Numbered from the stretch's first letter, positions 37,837-48,943 are shown. The stretch: DNA of 64,000 nucleotides from an uncultured Acidobacteriota bacterium (GCA_963804995.1 CAWDSK010000009.1:288001-352000), one strand, 5' to 3'. Numbers and translations: made by a program. Notes: a model not told the origin generated them from the letters alone.

Positions 37837-37979
37837 GCCCGCGCTGGACTTCCTTGCCTTCCCCAAGGTCGAACTAAGAACCTCCTGAAACGGCTAATGT
37901 GAACAGCATGGCGGCTAGAGGACCTGCGGGTAAACCCGTTGGCGCCGTCATTATCAGTACGACCGCTTTATCTTGTCAG

Positions 37980-38124
37980 CACCACCCCGGCGCTCGACGC
38001 GCCACCCCTACTCATCCGAGGAGGGAAGTTCTGTAACAACTCCCCTCCTGATTTCCGTGGCGCGCCGAGCCCCGATAGCGTGTTCTTTCCAAATTGGTGA
38101 TCGGGGCCGAGCGCCGGGGTGGTT
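37980..38124. repeat. CCCCTCCT-family REP cluster with nested 37-bp insert
   Basis: caccaccccggcgctcgacgcgccacccc ... cgccggggtggt. Confidence 0.75.
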
Positions 38125-38276
38125 ACGGTGACGCCTGGGGTGCCAGGGTGGATATCCGCATTACGGCATCTATCCGCAGCCTGCAAAGCCCTGCCTAATT
38201 CCGCAACGCAGGGTATAATGGCCGCTTGTTTACGACTCTTGGGGGAACCCCGTGCGCAAGGAGCTTAAGTAAGCGA

Positions 38277-41200
38277 ATGAAGCGAGCCGCTGTTATTTCT
38301 GTTTTCCCCTTAATTCTGATTTTGACGATTGCCTGGTGCATCACCTTCGCCCAAAAGCCGCCCCAGGTGTCGCACCCTGGCTCCCCCCCGGCTAGCCCGC
38401 GTGCCGCGAAGGAATCCGCACCCTCCGCATCACTCCAGACTCTCCGTAATATCGGTAAGGCCTATTTCGAGCAAGGCAAGTACGTCGAAGCCATCGGGGA
38501 ATTTCAAAAAGTCGTGGCCTCCGGAAAGGCCCTGCCCACCGATCATCTGGACCTGGGATTAGCCCTGATGCTGGCGAACAAACTGGACTTGGCCCTGGGC
38601 GAATTGACCACAGCCAAGCAGATGGATTCGCACCTGGTCGCCGCAGACTACAACCTGGGCATCCTTTACAAACGCGAATTGCGCTATCCGGACGCGGAGG
38701 CCGCGCTCCAGCGTGTCATCGCCGTTGATTCCGAGGAGCCCGCCGTCTGGTTCAACCTGGGTAGCGTGTATTTCTTCGAACGAAAAATGCAGGAGTGTCT
38801 CGACGCGCATCATCATGTCCTCAACCTCGGGTACGCCCGCGGCCGGAACTTCTACGTTGCCTCGCTGTTCCGCACCTTTACGGCCTTGGTGCGCTTGAAG
38901 CGTCAGGACGAAGCTCAGAAGGTGCTGAAGCAATGGGAAAAGATGCACGAAAAGGTTCCGAACATCTCGCTTCAGGACCCGGCTCTGGAGGGTGGCAAGT
39001 ACGGAGCCATCCTGGTGCCCGCCAGCCCACCTGCGGAGGTCGCGCGTGCGGCATCGGCGAAGGTGACGTTTACGGAGATCACGGCGAAGCTCGGTATCAA
39101 GCTTCCTGCCTTGCCCACGCCGCCGGCGGACCAGGGAACCGCATTGTTCAACCCCTCCCTGACCATTGCTGATTACGATGGTGATGGCCATCCCGATATT
39201 TACGTCGTGGACCCCCAGGGCTCGAACCACCTGTTTCATAACAATGGGGACGGCACTTTCTCGGACGTGACAGCGAGTGCGGGGGTGGCGGGACCGGGCG
39301 GAAGTGTTTCGGCGACGTTTGCTGATTACGACAACAGCGGCCACCCCAGCCTGTTCGTCGCGGGAGCCCACGGGGTCACCGTCTACCAAAATCACGGTGA
39401 CGGAACGTTTGTGGATGTGACCGAGAAGTGCGGGCTAAAGATGCCCAGCGGGTGGCTGGCTACGCAGGCCGTCTTATTCGACGCTGATAACGATGGGTTC
39501 CTGGACTTGGTTGTCACCCTCTACGGGGACTTTGGCTCTTTGCCCCTGACGGCACGGAAGGGTGATATCCCACCCAATCTGAAGGTACTTCCCAGCCGCC
39601 TTTATCGCAACAATGGCGATGGCACCTTTGCGGATGTTACTTCCTCGAGCGGCTTGGAATCGGCAACGGGACATATGCGGGGCGCCGTGTTCGCGGACTT
39701 CAATGATGACGGGTACGTCGACCTGTTGTTCCTGCGCGACGATGGTTCGCCCATGCTTTATATGAATCAGGGCGAGAATAGGTTTGTGAACCGCACCGCG
39801 GAAGCGGGTGAGGCGCTGGCCAAATCCCGCGCGGTCGAGGCTCAAGTTGCTGACTTCGACCACGACGGCACTTTCGACCTGGCACTTTGGTCGAGCACGG
39901 GTTATCAAGTCCTCCTTAATCGTGGAAACGGGCGCTTCGCTGCGGTCGCCGGCCTGCCCCCCATGATTCTTTCGGGCGGCAGCGGCGATTTCAAGGGGAT
40001 TGTAGTGGACGTGGATGGCGACGGCTTCGCCGATCTCCTGAACCTTGACGCGCACGGCAAGCTGCATCTGCTGCGCAACCGGGCCGGGCGCTTCCAGGAA
40101 ATTCCCCTGGACGTCGCCGCCCCAGCCTCGGGAGCCTTAGCCTTTCTGGCCGCAACGTCGATTGCCAGTCCCGGCAAGCTCAACCTGATGGCCTTGACCC
40201 AGAGCGGTCAGTTGGCGGCGTTTGAAAAGGAAGGCCCGCCCGCGCGCTGGGTGGAAGTGAAGATGACTGGGTTCAAGAGCAACAACCAGGGCATCGGGAG
40301 CGTGGTGGAGTTCAAAGCGGGCAACTACTACAACAAAGTTGTGGTGACCAACAGCCCCATCCGGATTTTCACCGGTGACATCGCGAAGCTCGATGTCATT
40401 CGGGTGACTTGGCCAAATGCCGTCGTGCAGAACTGGATCGATGCCGGAACCGACAGGCAGATTGAGGTCCGCGAGTCCGAGCGCTTGGCGAGTTCGTGTC
40501 CGTTTCTTTACGCCTGGGATGGCCGGAAGTTTGTTTATGTGACCGATGTGCTGGGCGTCGCGCCCATCGGTGAGCTCGCGCCGGACGGCTCCCGCATCAA
40601 GCCCTACCCCGAGGAATGGGTGCGCCTGCCCAACTTGGTGCGCACTCCCCTTGGCGATTTCGTCTTTCAGTTGACCGATGAAATGCGTGAGGCTGAGTAC
40701 TTGGATCAAGCCAAACTCGTGGCGGTCGATCACCCCGCGAGCGAAGAGATTTACGCGAACGAAATCTATGCTTCCAATCCCGGCCGGCCCGCGCTCTACG
40801 CCGTGCGCGACAAGCGCTTTCCAGTTTCGGCGGTGGATGATCGCGGCAACGATGTGCTGCCGCTACTCTTGAAGCAAGACGACCGCTACCCGACGGAGTT
40901 CGCGCGCCACCGCATTCTGGGCATGGCGGAGCAGCATTCGCTCACACTTGACCTGGGAGAATTGCCCGCCAGTGCGCCCGTAAGTTTGTGGCTCAATGGT
41001 TGGGTTTTCTGGACGGACTCGAATGGGGCGCGCGCGCTCGAATCAAATCGGCAACTCGAAATGGTGGCGCCGTATTTGCAGGTGCGTGATGCGGCGGGCA
41101 AGTGGGTCACGGTGATTCCTGATATGGGACTGCCGAGCGGCACGAATCGCACCATGCGCGTCGACATGGCGGGCAAATTCCTTTCTGCCGATCGCCACGT

Positions 41201-41771
41201 GCGCATCGTAACCAACCTTTGCGTCTACTGGGACCAGATTTTCTTCACCACGAACGAAGCCTTGGCGTCTCCCTCCACGGAACTGCCGCTGGCTGCGGCG
41301 GACCTGCATTATCGCGGCTTCTCCCAGGTCGCGAGCGATCCGGAGCACGTGAAGCCTGATTCCTTTGATTACCAGCAGGTGACGGCGACCGCGCCCTGGA
41401 ACCCCCTGCGAGGTAAATACACACGCTACGGGGGGGTTGTAAAGCTGCTTGTGCGGCACGACGATCAAATGGTGGTGATGGCCACGGGTGATGAGATGAC
41501 GCTCGAGTTTAGCGGCGCCGCCCTGCCACCCGTGCAGTCAGGATGGAAACGGGATTTCTTCCTCTACCTGCGCGGCTACGCTAAGGACGGCGAGCCCAAT
41601 ACAGCCTTCGCCCGGACCGTCCAGCCCCTGCCGTTCAGCGGCATGCCAAATTATCCGCCCGGTCCAAGCGACCACCCGCCCGGCACGCCTGAGTATCAGC
41701 GCTATCTGCGCGAGTACCAAACCCGTCCGGGCCGCGCGCTCATCCCACCCCTCGCGCCGGCGATTCAGTGA
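38277..41771 (+). CDS. TPR + FG-GAP repeat + ASPIC/UnbV (CRTAC1-like) secreted protein
   Basis: TPRs; repeated DYDGDG/DNDG..D and N.GDGTF.DVT; VTWPNA; SSCPFLYAWDG. Confidence 0.92.
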   Translation: MKRAAVISVFPLILILTIAWCITFAQKPPQVSHPGSPPASPRAAKESAPSASLQTLRNIGKAYFEQGKYVEAIGEFQKVVASGKALPTDHLDLGLALMLANKLDLALGELTTAKQMDSHLVAADYNLGILYKRELRYPDAEAALQRVIAVDSEEPAVWFNLGSVYFFERKMQECLDAHHHVLNLGYARGRNFYVASLFRTFTALVRLKRQDEAQKVLKQWEKMHEKVPNISLQDPALEGGKYGAILVPASPPAEVARAASAKVTFTEITAKLGIKLPALPTPPADQGTALFNPSLTIADYDGDGHPDIYVVDPQGSNHLFHNNGDGTFSDVTASAGVAGPGGSVSATFADYDNSGHPSLFVAGAHGVTVYQNHGDGTFVDVTEKCGLKMPSGWLATQAVLFDADNDGFLDLVVTLYGDFGSLPLTARKGDIPPNLKVLPSRLYRNNGDGTFADVTSSSGLESATGHMRGAVFADFNDDGYVDLLFLRDDGSPMLYMNQGENRFVNRTAEAGEALAKSRAVEAQVADFDHDGTFDLALWSSTGYQVLLNRGNGRFAAVAGLPPMILSGGSGDFKGIVVDVDGDGFADLLNLDAHGKLHLLRNRAGRFQEIPLDVAAPASGALAFLAATSIASPGKLNLMALTQSGQLAAFEKEGPPARWVEVKMTGFKSNNQGIGSVVEFKAGNYYNKVVVTNSPIRIFTGDIAKLDVIRVTWPNAVVQNWIDAGTDRQIEVRESERLASSCPFLYAWDGRKFVYVTDVLGVAPIGELAPDGSRIKPYPEEWVRLPNLVRTPLGDFVFQLTDEMREAEYLDQAKLVAVDHPASEEIYANEIYASNPGRPALYAVRDKRFPVSAVDDRGNDVLPLLLKQDDRYPTEFARHRILGMAEQHSLTLDLGELPASAPVSLWLNGWVFWTDSNGARALESNRQLEMVAPYLQVRDAAGKWVTVIPDMGLPSGTNRTMRVDMAGKFLSADRHVRIVTNLCVYWDQIFFTTNEALASPSTELPLAAADLHYRGFSQVASDPEHVKPDSFDYQQVTATAPWNPLRGKYTRYGGVVKLLVRHDDQMVVMATGDEMTLEFSGAALPPVQSGWKRDFFLYLRGYAKDGEPNTAFARTVQPLPFSGMPNYPPGPSDHPPGTPEYQRYLREYQTRPGRALIPPLAPAIQ

Positions 41772-41816
41772 GCAATTTTTCACGAGTGAGTTGAAGGGCG
41801 GAGCTTCATAGCAGTT

Positions 41817-42141
41817 GTAGCGCGGACCTCCGCTGTTGAGGTCCGCGGTTCTTCATGCCCCATCTGAGCGAATGTGGCCGTTCGTACTTGGGGTTTGTGG
41901 GTTCTGCAAACGAAAAGCCGCGGACCCCAAAACCGGGGGACCGCGCTACATCTACCGAGGCCCGTGAGGGCCACCAGCAGCGTAACGCGGACCTCCGCTG
42001 TTGAGGTCCGCGGTTCTTCGTGCGCCCTTTGAGCGAATGTATCGTGGCAAAGAGGCAGGTGTGGCGCCGCCCCCCGTCGTTGAGATTTGCGGATTCTTCA
42101 AATGAAAAGCCGCGGACCCCAAAACCGGGGGACCGCACTAC
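41817..42141. repeat. Two tandem GTAG-type REPIN-like units
   Basis: gta(g/a)cgcggacctccgctgttgaggtccgcgg ... ccgcggaccccaaaaccgggggaccgc(g/a)ctac at 41817-41949 and 41982-42141, with different spacers. Confidence 0.8.
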
Positions 42142-42306
42142 GCTTACCACGCCCTCCAACCTTGCCAAGGGTTCTGCATTTGCTATAGTAACCGTTCGCT
42201 TCGTAGGGGTACCCCTCGCGTGTGCCCTTCACGAGGGGTGCCCCTACAAGGCGCCTTGGTTGCGGCCCCGCCGCTCTGCGCCGCCCCCCAAGGACACGAG
42301 GAGATA

Positions 42307-43719
42307 ATGCGAACTGGGTGGTCACACTTCCTTTTCATTTTCCTATTCTGCACGGTGTCTGTGGTTCGAGCGGGCCAGCTTGAACCGAAGGTCGCGGCAC
42401 TCAACTGGGGCGCGTACCAGGATGAGACAGTGAAGATGTTGCAAGCATACCTGCGCATCAACACTTCGAATCCACCCGGACAGGAGCTGGCGGCAGCCGA
42501 GTTTTTCCACCGGATGTTTGATGACGCCGGCATCCCCAACACCATCTATGAATTCACGCCCGGCCGCGCTGACATCTACGCGGTTCTCAAGGGGGATGGC
42601 AGCTCGCGGCCTTTGATATTGCTCAATCACATGGACGTGGTGCGCGCCGATTCCAGCAACTGGCGCCATCCGCCGTTTTCAGGCGAGATCGTGGACGGTG
42701 AGCTTTACGGACGCGGCGCGCTCAACATGAAGGGCGAAGGGTTGCAGCAGGCGATGGTGATGGTCATTGCGGCGCGTGAGCACGTGCCCCTGAAGCGCGA
42801 TCTGATATTTCTCGGCACGGCGGATGAGGAGGTTGACGATGTGGGCAGCGCCTGGTTCCTGGAAAATCATTCAGACCTGGTGCGCCACGCTGAATACTTG
42901 ATTACCGAGGGAGGGTCAAACCTGGTGCGCCCCGGGCAACCCACCCTCTACGGTGTGGGAGTTGCGGAGAAGGCTCCCTATTGGATTCGCGTGACGGCCA
43001 CGGGGCGCGGCGGACACGGGTCGATCCCTCTCGCGGATTCCCCACCCAATCGATTGATTCGGGCGCTCTGCCGGATGGTGGACTGGCAACCGCCGATTCG
43101 CCTGTTGCCTTCCGTAGAACAGTATTTCAGGGCCCTCGCAGTGATTGAGCCCGCGCCGCTGGCCGGGCAATTTCGCGATATTCGCAAGGCGCTCGCGGAC
43201 CCCGTTTTCGCCCGGAAAATGAGCCAGGACGAGGATTTTAACTACCTTTTGCGCGACACGGTTTCGCTCTCCGTGCTGCGGGGCAGCGCGCAGACCAATG
43301 TGATTCCCGATACGGCTTACGCGGAATTGGACGTGCGCCTGCTGCCCGGCCAGGATCCGCAGGTGTTTCTCTCCCAACTCCGCAGCGTCCTGGCGGATGA
43401 AAACCTTCGCCTCGAAAATTTCAATCTCTTCAAACCGCCAAATTCTTCTTCCCCGGACACCCGTCTTTATCGAATTATCGAAGCGGTGGTGCATCAGTAC
43501 AATCCCCAGGCCCTCGTGTTGCCCACGCTCAACAGCGGGTACACCGAAAGCCAGATGTACCGGCCGCTGGGAATCGTCTGCTACGGCTTTAACACTCTGG
43601 AAGTGACGGCGGAGCTGGATGAAACCGAGCATGCTGCCAACGAACGAGTGCCCCTGGACCAACTGCGGCGCGGGGTGAAAATGCTTTATGAAGTCGTCGT
43701 GCGAACGGCGAATGAATAG
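42307..43719 (+). CDS. M20/M25/M40 family metallopeptidase, secreted
   Basis: LNHMDVV, YGRGALNMKG, ADEE, TEGG, GGHGS, HAANE. Confidence 0.92.
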   Translation: MRTGWSHFLFIFLFCTVSVVRAGQLEPKVAALNWGAYQDETVKMLQAYLRINTSNPPGQELAAAEFFHRMFDDAGIPNTIYEFTPGRADIYAVLKGDGSSRPLILLNHMDVVRADSSNWRHPPFSGEIVDGELYGRGALNMKGEGLQQAMVMVIAAREHVPLKRDLIFLGTADEEVDDVGSAWFLENHSDLVRHAEYLITEGGSNLVRPGQPTLYGVGVAEKAPYWIRVTATGRGGHGSIPLADSPPNRLIRALCRMVDWQPPIRLLPSVEQYFRALAVIEPAPLAGQFRDIRKALADPVFARKMSQDEDFNYLLRDTVSLSVLRGSAQTNVIPDTAYAELDVRLLPGQDPQVFLSQLRSVLADENLRLENFNLFKPPNSSSPDTRLYRIIEAVVHQYNPQALVLPTLNSGYTESQMYRPLGIVCYGFNTLEVTAELDETEHAANERVPLDQLRRGVKMLYEVVVRTANE

Positions 43720-43722
43720 AAC

Positions 43723-43760
43723 AGTGGTTAGTGGTTAGTGGTTAGTGGTTAGTGGTTAGT
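43723..43760. repeat. Heptamer microsatellite (AGTGGTT)x5
   Basis: Direct read of perfect tandem units. Confidence 0.85.
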
Positions 43761-43828
43761 TAAAGGGCAGGAGTCAAACTGCTCTTCATTTTAGCTCCTA
43801 ACTCCTAGCTCCTAGCTTCTTACGTACC

Positions 43829-44263
43829 ATGACCCGTGAATATCCCAAACAACCGTTGGTGGGCGTGGGCGGTGTGGTGATTGACCGCCACCGCGCCCTG
43901 CTGATTCGCCGGGGCAGCGAGCCGCTGAAAGGGGAGTGGTCGATTCCCGGCGGCATGCTGGAGTTGGGGGAGGAACTCACCGCCGGCGTGCGGCGCGAGT
44001 TGCAGGAGGAGACTGGCCTCGAAGTCGAACCGCTCGAAATGATCCTGGCGTTTGACCGCATCCTGCACGAAGGTGAGCGGGTGAAATATCATTACGTCAT
44101 CGTCGATTATCTCTGCCGCAAAAAGCGTGGGCGGCTGCGTCCGGCGTCGGACGTCGTTGACGCATGCTGGGTGCGCCAGGAGGACCTGCCGAAATACCAC
44201 CTGACCGACATGGCCACAGCGGTGATCCTTAAAGCCTTCGAGATGGTGAAAAAGCGGCGGTAG
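43829..44263 (+). CDS. NUDIX hydrolase
   Basis: Nudix box GGMLELGE......RRELQEETG. Confidence 0.95.
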   Translation: MTREYPKQPLVGVGGVVIDRHRALLIRRGSEPLKGEWSIPGGMLELGEELTAGVRRELQEETGLEVEPLEMILAFDRILHEGERVKYHYVIVDYLCRKKRGRLRPASDVVDACWVRQEDLPKYHLTDMATAVILKAFEMVKKRR

Positions 44264-44274
44264 GGTGAAAATGC

Positions 44275-44563
44275 TCCCCTCCTCAGATGAGGAGGGGTGG
44301 CGCGCCGAGCCCCGATAGCGCGTTTTTTCCAAATTGATCATCGGGGCCGAGCGTCGGGGTGGTGCTGACAAGATAAAGCCGTGGTGCTAATCGAGGCGTC
44401 AAGCCACCCGGCGGATGGGGTAAACCCCCCGTCGCCCCAGGTGCTCGGGTAACCACCCCGTCGCCTATGGCGCCACCCCTCCTAAATCAGGAGGGGAGTT
44501 CTTAAAAAAGATGCCCCCCTCCTCAGATAAGGAGGGGTGGCGCGTTGAGCGCCGGGGTGGTGC
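44275..44563. repeat. CCCCTCCT-family REP cluster
   Basis: Three cccctcct..aggagggg hairpins with ggggtggtgctga tails. Confidence 0.75.
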
Positions 44564-44577
44564 TGAGAGGATTCTTG

Positions 44578-45162
44578 ATGAGTAACCTGAAAGTGTGTGT
44601 TTATTGCGCCTCGAGCGGCCAGTGCGACCCGGCCTATCTCGACGCTGCCGAGCGCCTGGGCCGGGCCTTAGCGCGCCAGGGAGCGACCCTGGTCTACGGC
44701 GGAGGCGGAGCGGGCGCCATGGCCAGTTTGGCGGATGGCGCGCTGGGCGCGGGCGGCACCGTCATCGGCATCATCCCGCGCTTCATGATGGAACTGGAGT
44801 GGGGACACAAGCACTTGACCGAGATGCGCGTGGTGGAAGATATGCGGGTGCGCAAGCACCTGATGATGGAAGGCGCTGACGCCGTCGTGGCTCTGGCGGG
44901 CGGTTGTGGCACGCTCGAAGAACTATTTGAGGCCATCACCCTGAAGCGGGTCGGACTTTATCTGGGGCCGATTATCCTCGTGAACACGCGCGGCTATTAT
45001 GATCGCATCGTGGCCGCCCTCGAACACTCCATCACGGAACGATTTATGGACCCACGCCACCGGGAAATCTGGACTGTGGTCGGCGAACCCGAAGAAGTGC
45101 TGGGAGCCATCCAAACCGCACCCCGCTGGAGCGCGGACAATCGCGACTTTGCCGTGCTGTAA
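44578..45162 (+). CDS. LOG-family nucleotide monophosphate nucleosidase (TIGR00730-like)
   Basis: CVYCASS, LVYGGG, RKHLM, ALAGGCGTLEELFE. Confidence 0.93.
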   Translation: MSNLKVCVYCASSGQCDPAYLDAAERLGRALARQGATLVYGGGGAGAMASLADGALGAGGTVIGIIPRFMMELEWGHKHLTEMRVVEDMRVRKHLMMEGADAVVALAGGCGTLEELFEAITLKRVGLYLGPIILVNTRGYYDRIVAALEHSITERFMDPRHREIWTVVGEPEEVLGAIQTAPRWSADNRDFAVL

Positions 45163-45634
45163 GCCTGCGCCAGCCTACCGCAACTCCGTAGCCTGATCTT
45201 CCTTCACGCCACCCAGTGAGACAGTGGCTGGCGCAGAGCGAGCCCAGTTCTGCGCTTCACGTCTCTGACCATCGATATCCCCGCCGATCTAGAGATGCCG
45301 CTTCGAGCCCGGCCACGTCCAGCTTCCGATTCTATTATCGGAACGATTCGTCCGTCTCTAGCATGGACCGGCATGCTTAAGTAAATCGCCCCGACGAGTC
45401 GGGGCGCCAGCCGGCCAGAGAGAACCCATGGTTGAATCCCGAAGGACGGGCAAAATAAAAAGCAGACCCAACGCTCACGTCCAACGTGATCTATCTGCTT
45501 ACCTCACGGCCAGGCGCGCGAAGGGTCTGCTTTTATCTATGCTCAATCGGCTATCGGTATCTTCTTAACCGGTGCCTCTTGAGCCTTAGGGCTACGACGA
45601 GTTGTTTCCAAAACTTCTGCAGCTTAAGTCCACA

Positions 45635-48600
45635 TCAGAACGTATACTTCATCGCAAACTGCAAGATACGCGGATCGCTTGCACTCTGGATCACGCCGAA
45701 GGTGGAATCCTGCAGGTTATTGTCCGGAGTGCCGAAATTCGCGTGGTTAAACAGGTTGAAGAATTCGAACCGCAGCTCCACGCGGTGGCTCTCGTGCCGT
45801 GGGACGTTGAAATATCGCGTCACCGCAGCATCCACATTGAAATATCCAGGCCCCACCTGCGCAGCCTGTCCCGAGTTGCCAAACGCGCCGATGGTATTAG
45901 GAACAAAGGCGGCGGGGTTGAGCCACTGCCGGGTATTCATATCTTTCACGTAATTACTTGCCCCGGGGACAACGTTGGCGCGATCCAACCCGACTGCGGT
46001 CAGGGAATTATCGAGGCCGGAGCTCACGCCGTACCATATTCCACTGTGGATGGCAACAATCGGCGAGAACTGCCAGTTGCCCAGCAGCCGGTTGGTCCAC
46101 AGACCGGCAAACTTGGGCGAGGTAGCAACAAAAGACATATTGAACACGTGGCGGAGGTCAAAGCCGCAATTGCCGCGGTCGGCGTTGCGATTGTAGGGAT
46201 TCTGGTTTTGCGGACCATTGATGTCGCCACCGAAATCTCCTTCGTCAATGCAGTGTGACCAAGTGTAATTGGTCAGGAACGTGTAATTCTTGCTGAAACG
46301 ATGCTGGGCGGAAAGGAATAGCGAGTTGTACTCACCATTTGATCCGTCGTCCGCCACAGCAAGGGTGGAAAGCTGCGCGCCGTAGACGGGGTTTTCCAGA
46401 TAAAGCAGCCGCCTCTGGGCGGTGTTGTCTTCCGTCGAGCAAGGTGACCCGCCGCACATTCCGGGAATATAAACGGCGGGGTTCGCCGCCTCACCGGTCC
46501 AGATATGGGTCGTCTTGTTTCCAACGTAAGTCGCCGAAACCATCCAATTGGGTGTCAATTGACGCTGATAGCTAATGTCCCATTGCTGCATGCTGGTGGG
46601 CAACCCTTGCGTCGGAAACGTAAGATAGGCGCTCGGGAAGAAAGGTACATTCGTGGAAGGGACAACGGGAACCGGGAACGGGTTGCCCCCGGGGAATCCT
46701 TGGTAGGGATTCGTAAAGCCTCCCACAGGGGCGGTAAAATTGACGGCGCTTGCCCAGGGAGAGTTCTCACCCGCGTCGGTGTAATAAAAGGTCTGGGGCG
46801 TGTGATAGAAGATGCCGTACCCCACACGGATCGTCTGTTTGCCGTTGCCGGCAGGATCCCAGACCAGCCCTACGCGGGGCTCGAGATCCGAGAGGCGGCT
46901 GAAACTAAAGGCGTTCGACGGATACCCTGGATCACCTATGTAAAAGATTCCGGGCGGCGCGTTCACGAATACCTTGCTCTTCGTGCCGGCCAAGTATGCC
47001 GATGGCGAAAAGTACGTCCCGCCGATGTGATGCAGCTCACTCATGGGCAGGTAAGGTTCATAGCGCAAACCCACCTGAAGATTGAAATGCTTGGTAACCT
47101 GGACATTGTCCATCGCATAAGCGCCAATGTAGAGCTCCCGTTCGTCCCCGGGGTCGGGAGCACCCTGCCGGAAGCTATTATCCCGCCCCAGCAGAAAATC
47201 CAGCAATGCGTCATTCGAAAATTGCCCGTTAAAGTTGATCAGGCCATCACCCAGATGGCCAGTCTGATTGTTGAGCTGGTTGCGAACCACGTCCCCACCG
47301 AATGCGAGGTGATGGCGGCCATGCATAATATCCACATCATCCGCAAATTGATAGGAGTTGGTGTTGAAATAGGACGGCGAGCAGGAACTGCAGCCCGAGG
47401 CGAATTTACCGCTAACCGTTACCACCAGACCGTCGGGGAAATAGGAAAACATGTTTACGCCGAGCTTGGTCGGACTGAGGTAATCCAGCGCCGGCCCGCG
47501 CGTAATGGCCAGCCGCGACCAGGTGAGATGGGCAGAATTGAGTACAGTGGGACTGATCGAATAGGTGTCGCCCAACACAAAGGAGTGGTTGCGGTCAATG
47601 ACTCCGCGTTCGGTGGTTACCAGTACATTGCCGCCAAAGGGGGCCGGACTTTCATAGTCCGCCAAGTAATAACGCCCAAAGAAATTGTGCTTGGGACTTA
47701 GGGTCCAGTCAACTCGACCGATGTATTCATCTTCCCTGGCGGGCACGGGAATTGCGTAGGTCACCATCCCGCAGGGATCAGTGGAGAGGGGTACGTATTT
47801 GAGCAAGTTTAGAGCCTGCTGATTGTAAGTACTCGGATCGACATAATTGCTTGTGTAAGGCTGCTGCGTGGCCGGGTTGATGATCGTGCGTGCCTCGCCA
47901 TTGGACTGGCAGGCGGCGGATTCCATAGCGCTCCAATCGCCATTCAGGACCGCCTGCGTGGGTACGTAAGCGATTGAGGAGGGCGAGGCGGTTCGTTCGC
48001 GGTCCCCTTGGTACCCGAAAAAGCCAAAGAGTTTATCCTTCTTAATCGGGGCGCCAATCGTCCCGCCAAACTGGTTTCGTTTCAGACTGTCGTGCGTGTC
48101 TGCGAAGAAATTCCGGGCATTGACATCGCCGTTACGCAGGAACTCGAACAGATCCCCGTGTACGCGATTGGTGCCGGACTTGGTCACAACGTTGACCACC
48201 GCGCCGGGATGCAGCCCATAGCGAGCCGAAAGGCTGTTGGTCTGAACGCTGAATTCCTGAAGGGCATCTGGGAAGGGGAAGGGGAGATTGATATTCGAAA
48301 AGGAGTCGTTGTTGTCCCCGCCATCCATCAGATAGTTTGTCGCGTCCGGCTGTCCACCCGCAACCGCAATCGAATCCGCAGTAGGCCAGTTCTTACTGCC
48401 GGTGAGATCATTGGCTTGGGTAAGCGCCGGGCCAATGTTGTTGGCGGATCCGGCCAAAATGACCAAGTATAGGGCGTTGCGGCCGTTTAATGGCAGATCG
48501 ACCACGCTGCGCTCATCGATGACCTGGGAGACGGAAGTAGTTTGTGTCTGCACCATGTTGGCGCCGGCGGTGACCTCAACTTGCTGGGTCACCTGTCCTA

Positions 48601-48943
48601 CCTGCAGCTTCACGTTGATGGTAGGGCTGTCGTTGACCTGAAGTATGATTCCCGTCTGAACATAGGTTTGGAATCCGCTGACCTGTACTTCCAGCCTGTA
48701 AGGTCCAACGGGAAGATTGGGGAGCAGATAGGTACCATCCGCCCCGCTAACCGTTTCACGCGACACCTTCGTATTTGTCTGCGTGCCGATTACCTTCGCA
48801 CCGGGGACGGCTGCCCCGCTGGGGTCCTCCACGGTGCCTGAAATCTGTGCGCTTGCCACGGCTTGGCCCCATAGACGTGGGGCATACCCAGTTAGTAGGA
48901 ACAATGCGGCTACCAACAAAGGTCCCGCAATTCTTCTGGTCAT
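45635..48943 (-). CDS. TonB-dependent receptor, Oar-like, with carboxypeptidase-regulatory-like domain
   Basis: ISGTVEDPSGAAVPGA, DLPLNGRN, KSGTN.VHG.LFEFLRN, NQFGGTIG, PRILQFAMKYTF; AAGGAGGT RBS before ATG 48943. Confidence 0.93.
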   Translation of the reverse strand: MTRRIAGPLLVAALFLLTGYAPRLWGQAVASAQISGTVEDPSGAAVPGAKVIGTQTNTKVSRETVSGADGTYLLPNLPVGPYRLEVQVSGFQTYVQTGIILQVNDSPTINVKLQVGQVTQQVEVTAGANMVQTQTTSVSQVIDERSVVDLPLNGRNALYLVILAGSANNIGPALTQANDLTGSKNWPTADSIAVAGGQPDATNYLMDGGDNNDSFSNINLPFPFPDALQEFSVQTNSLSARYGLHPGAVVNVVTKSGTNRVHGDLFEFLRNGDVNARNFFADTHDSLKRNQFGGTIGAPIKKDKLFGFFGYQGDRERTASPSSIAYVPTQAVLNGDWSAMESAACQSNGEARTIINPATQQPYTSNYVDPSTYNQQALNLLKYVPLSTDPCGMVTYAIPVPAREDEYIGRVDWTLSPKHNFFGRYYLADYESPAPFGGNVLVTTERGVIDRNHSFVLGDTYSISPTVLNSAHLTWSRLAITRGPALDYLSPTKLGVNMFSYFPDGLVVTVSGKFASGCSSCSPSYFNTNSYQFADDVDIMHGRHHLAFGGDVVRNQLNNQTGHLGDGLINFNGQFSNDALLDFLLGRDNSFRQGAPDPGDERELYIGAYAMDNVQVTKHFNLQVGLRYEPYLPMSELHHIGGTYFSPSAYLAGTKSKVFVNAPPGIFYIGDPGYPSNAFSFSRLSDLEPRVGLVWDPAGNGKQTIRVGYGIFYHTPQTFYYTDAGENSPWASAVNFTAPVGGFTNPYQGFPGGNPFPVPVVPSTNVPFFPSAYLTFPTQGLPTSMQQWDISYQRQLTPNWMVSATYVGNKTTHIWTGEAANPAVYIPGMCGGSPCSTEDNTAQRRLLYLENPVYGAQLSTLAVADDGSNGEYNSLFLSAQHRFSKNYTFLTNYTWSHCIDEGDFGGDINGPQNQNPYNRNADRGNCGFDLRHVFNMSFVATSPKFAGLWTNRLLGNWQFSPIVAIHSGIWYGVSSGLDNSLTAVGLDRANVVPGASNYVKDMNTRQWLNPAAFVPNTIGAFGNSGQAAQVGPGYFNVDAAVTRYFNVPRHESHRVELRFEFFNLFNHANFGTPDNNLQDSTFGVIQSASDPRILQFAMKYTF

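Noticed and set aside
45455..45536. Inverted repeat aaaagcagaccc/gggtctgctttt between convergent genes
   Set aside because: The ~50-nt loop is too long for a standard terminator, and nothing else supports a distinct element.
46505..47701. 398-aa plus-strand ORF and similar long overlapping ORFs elsewhere
   Set aside because: Antisense to well-supported genes; expected in GC-rich DNA.
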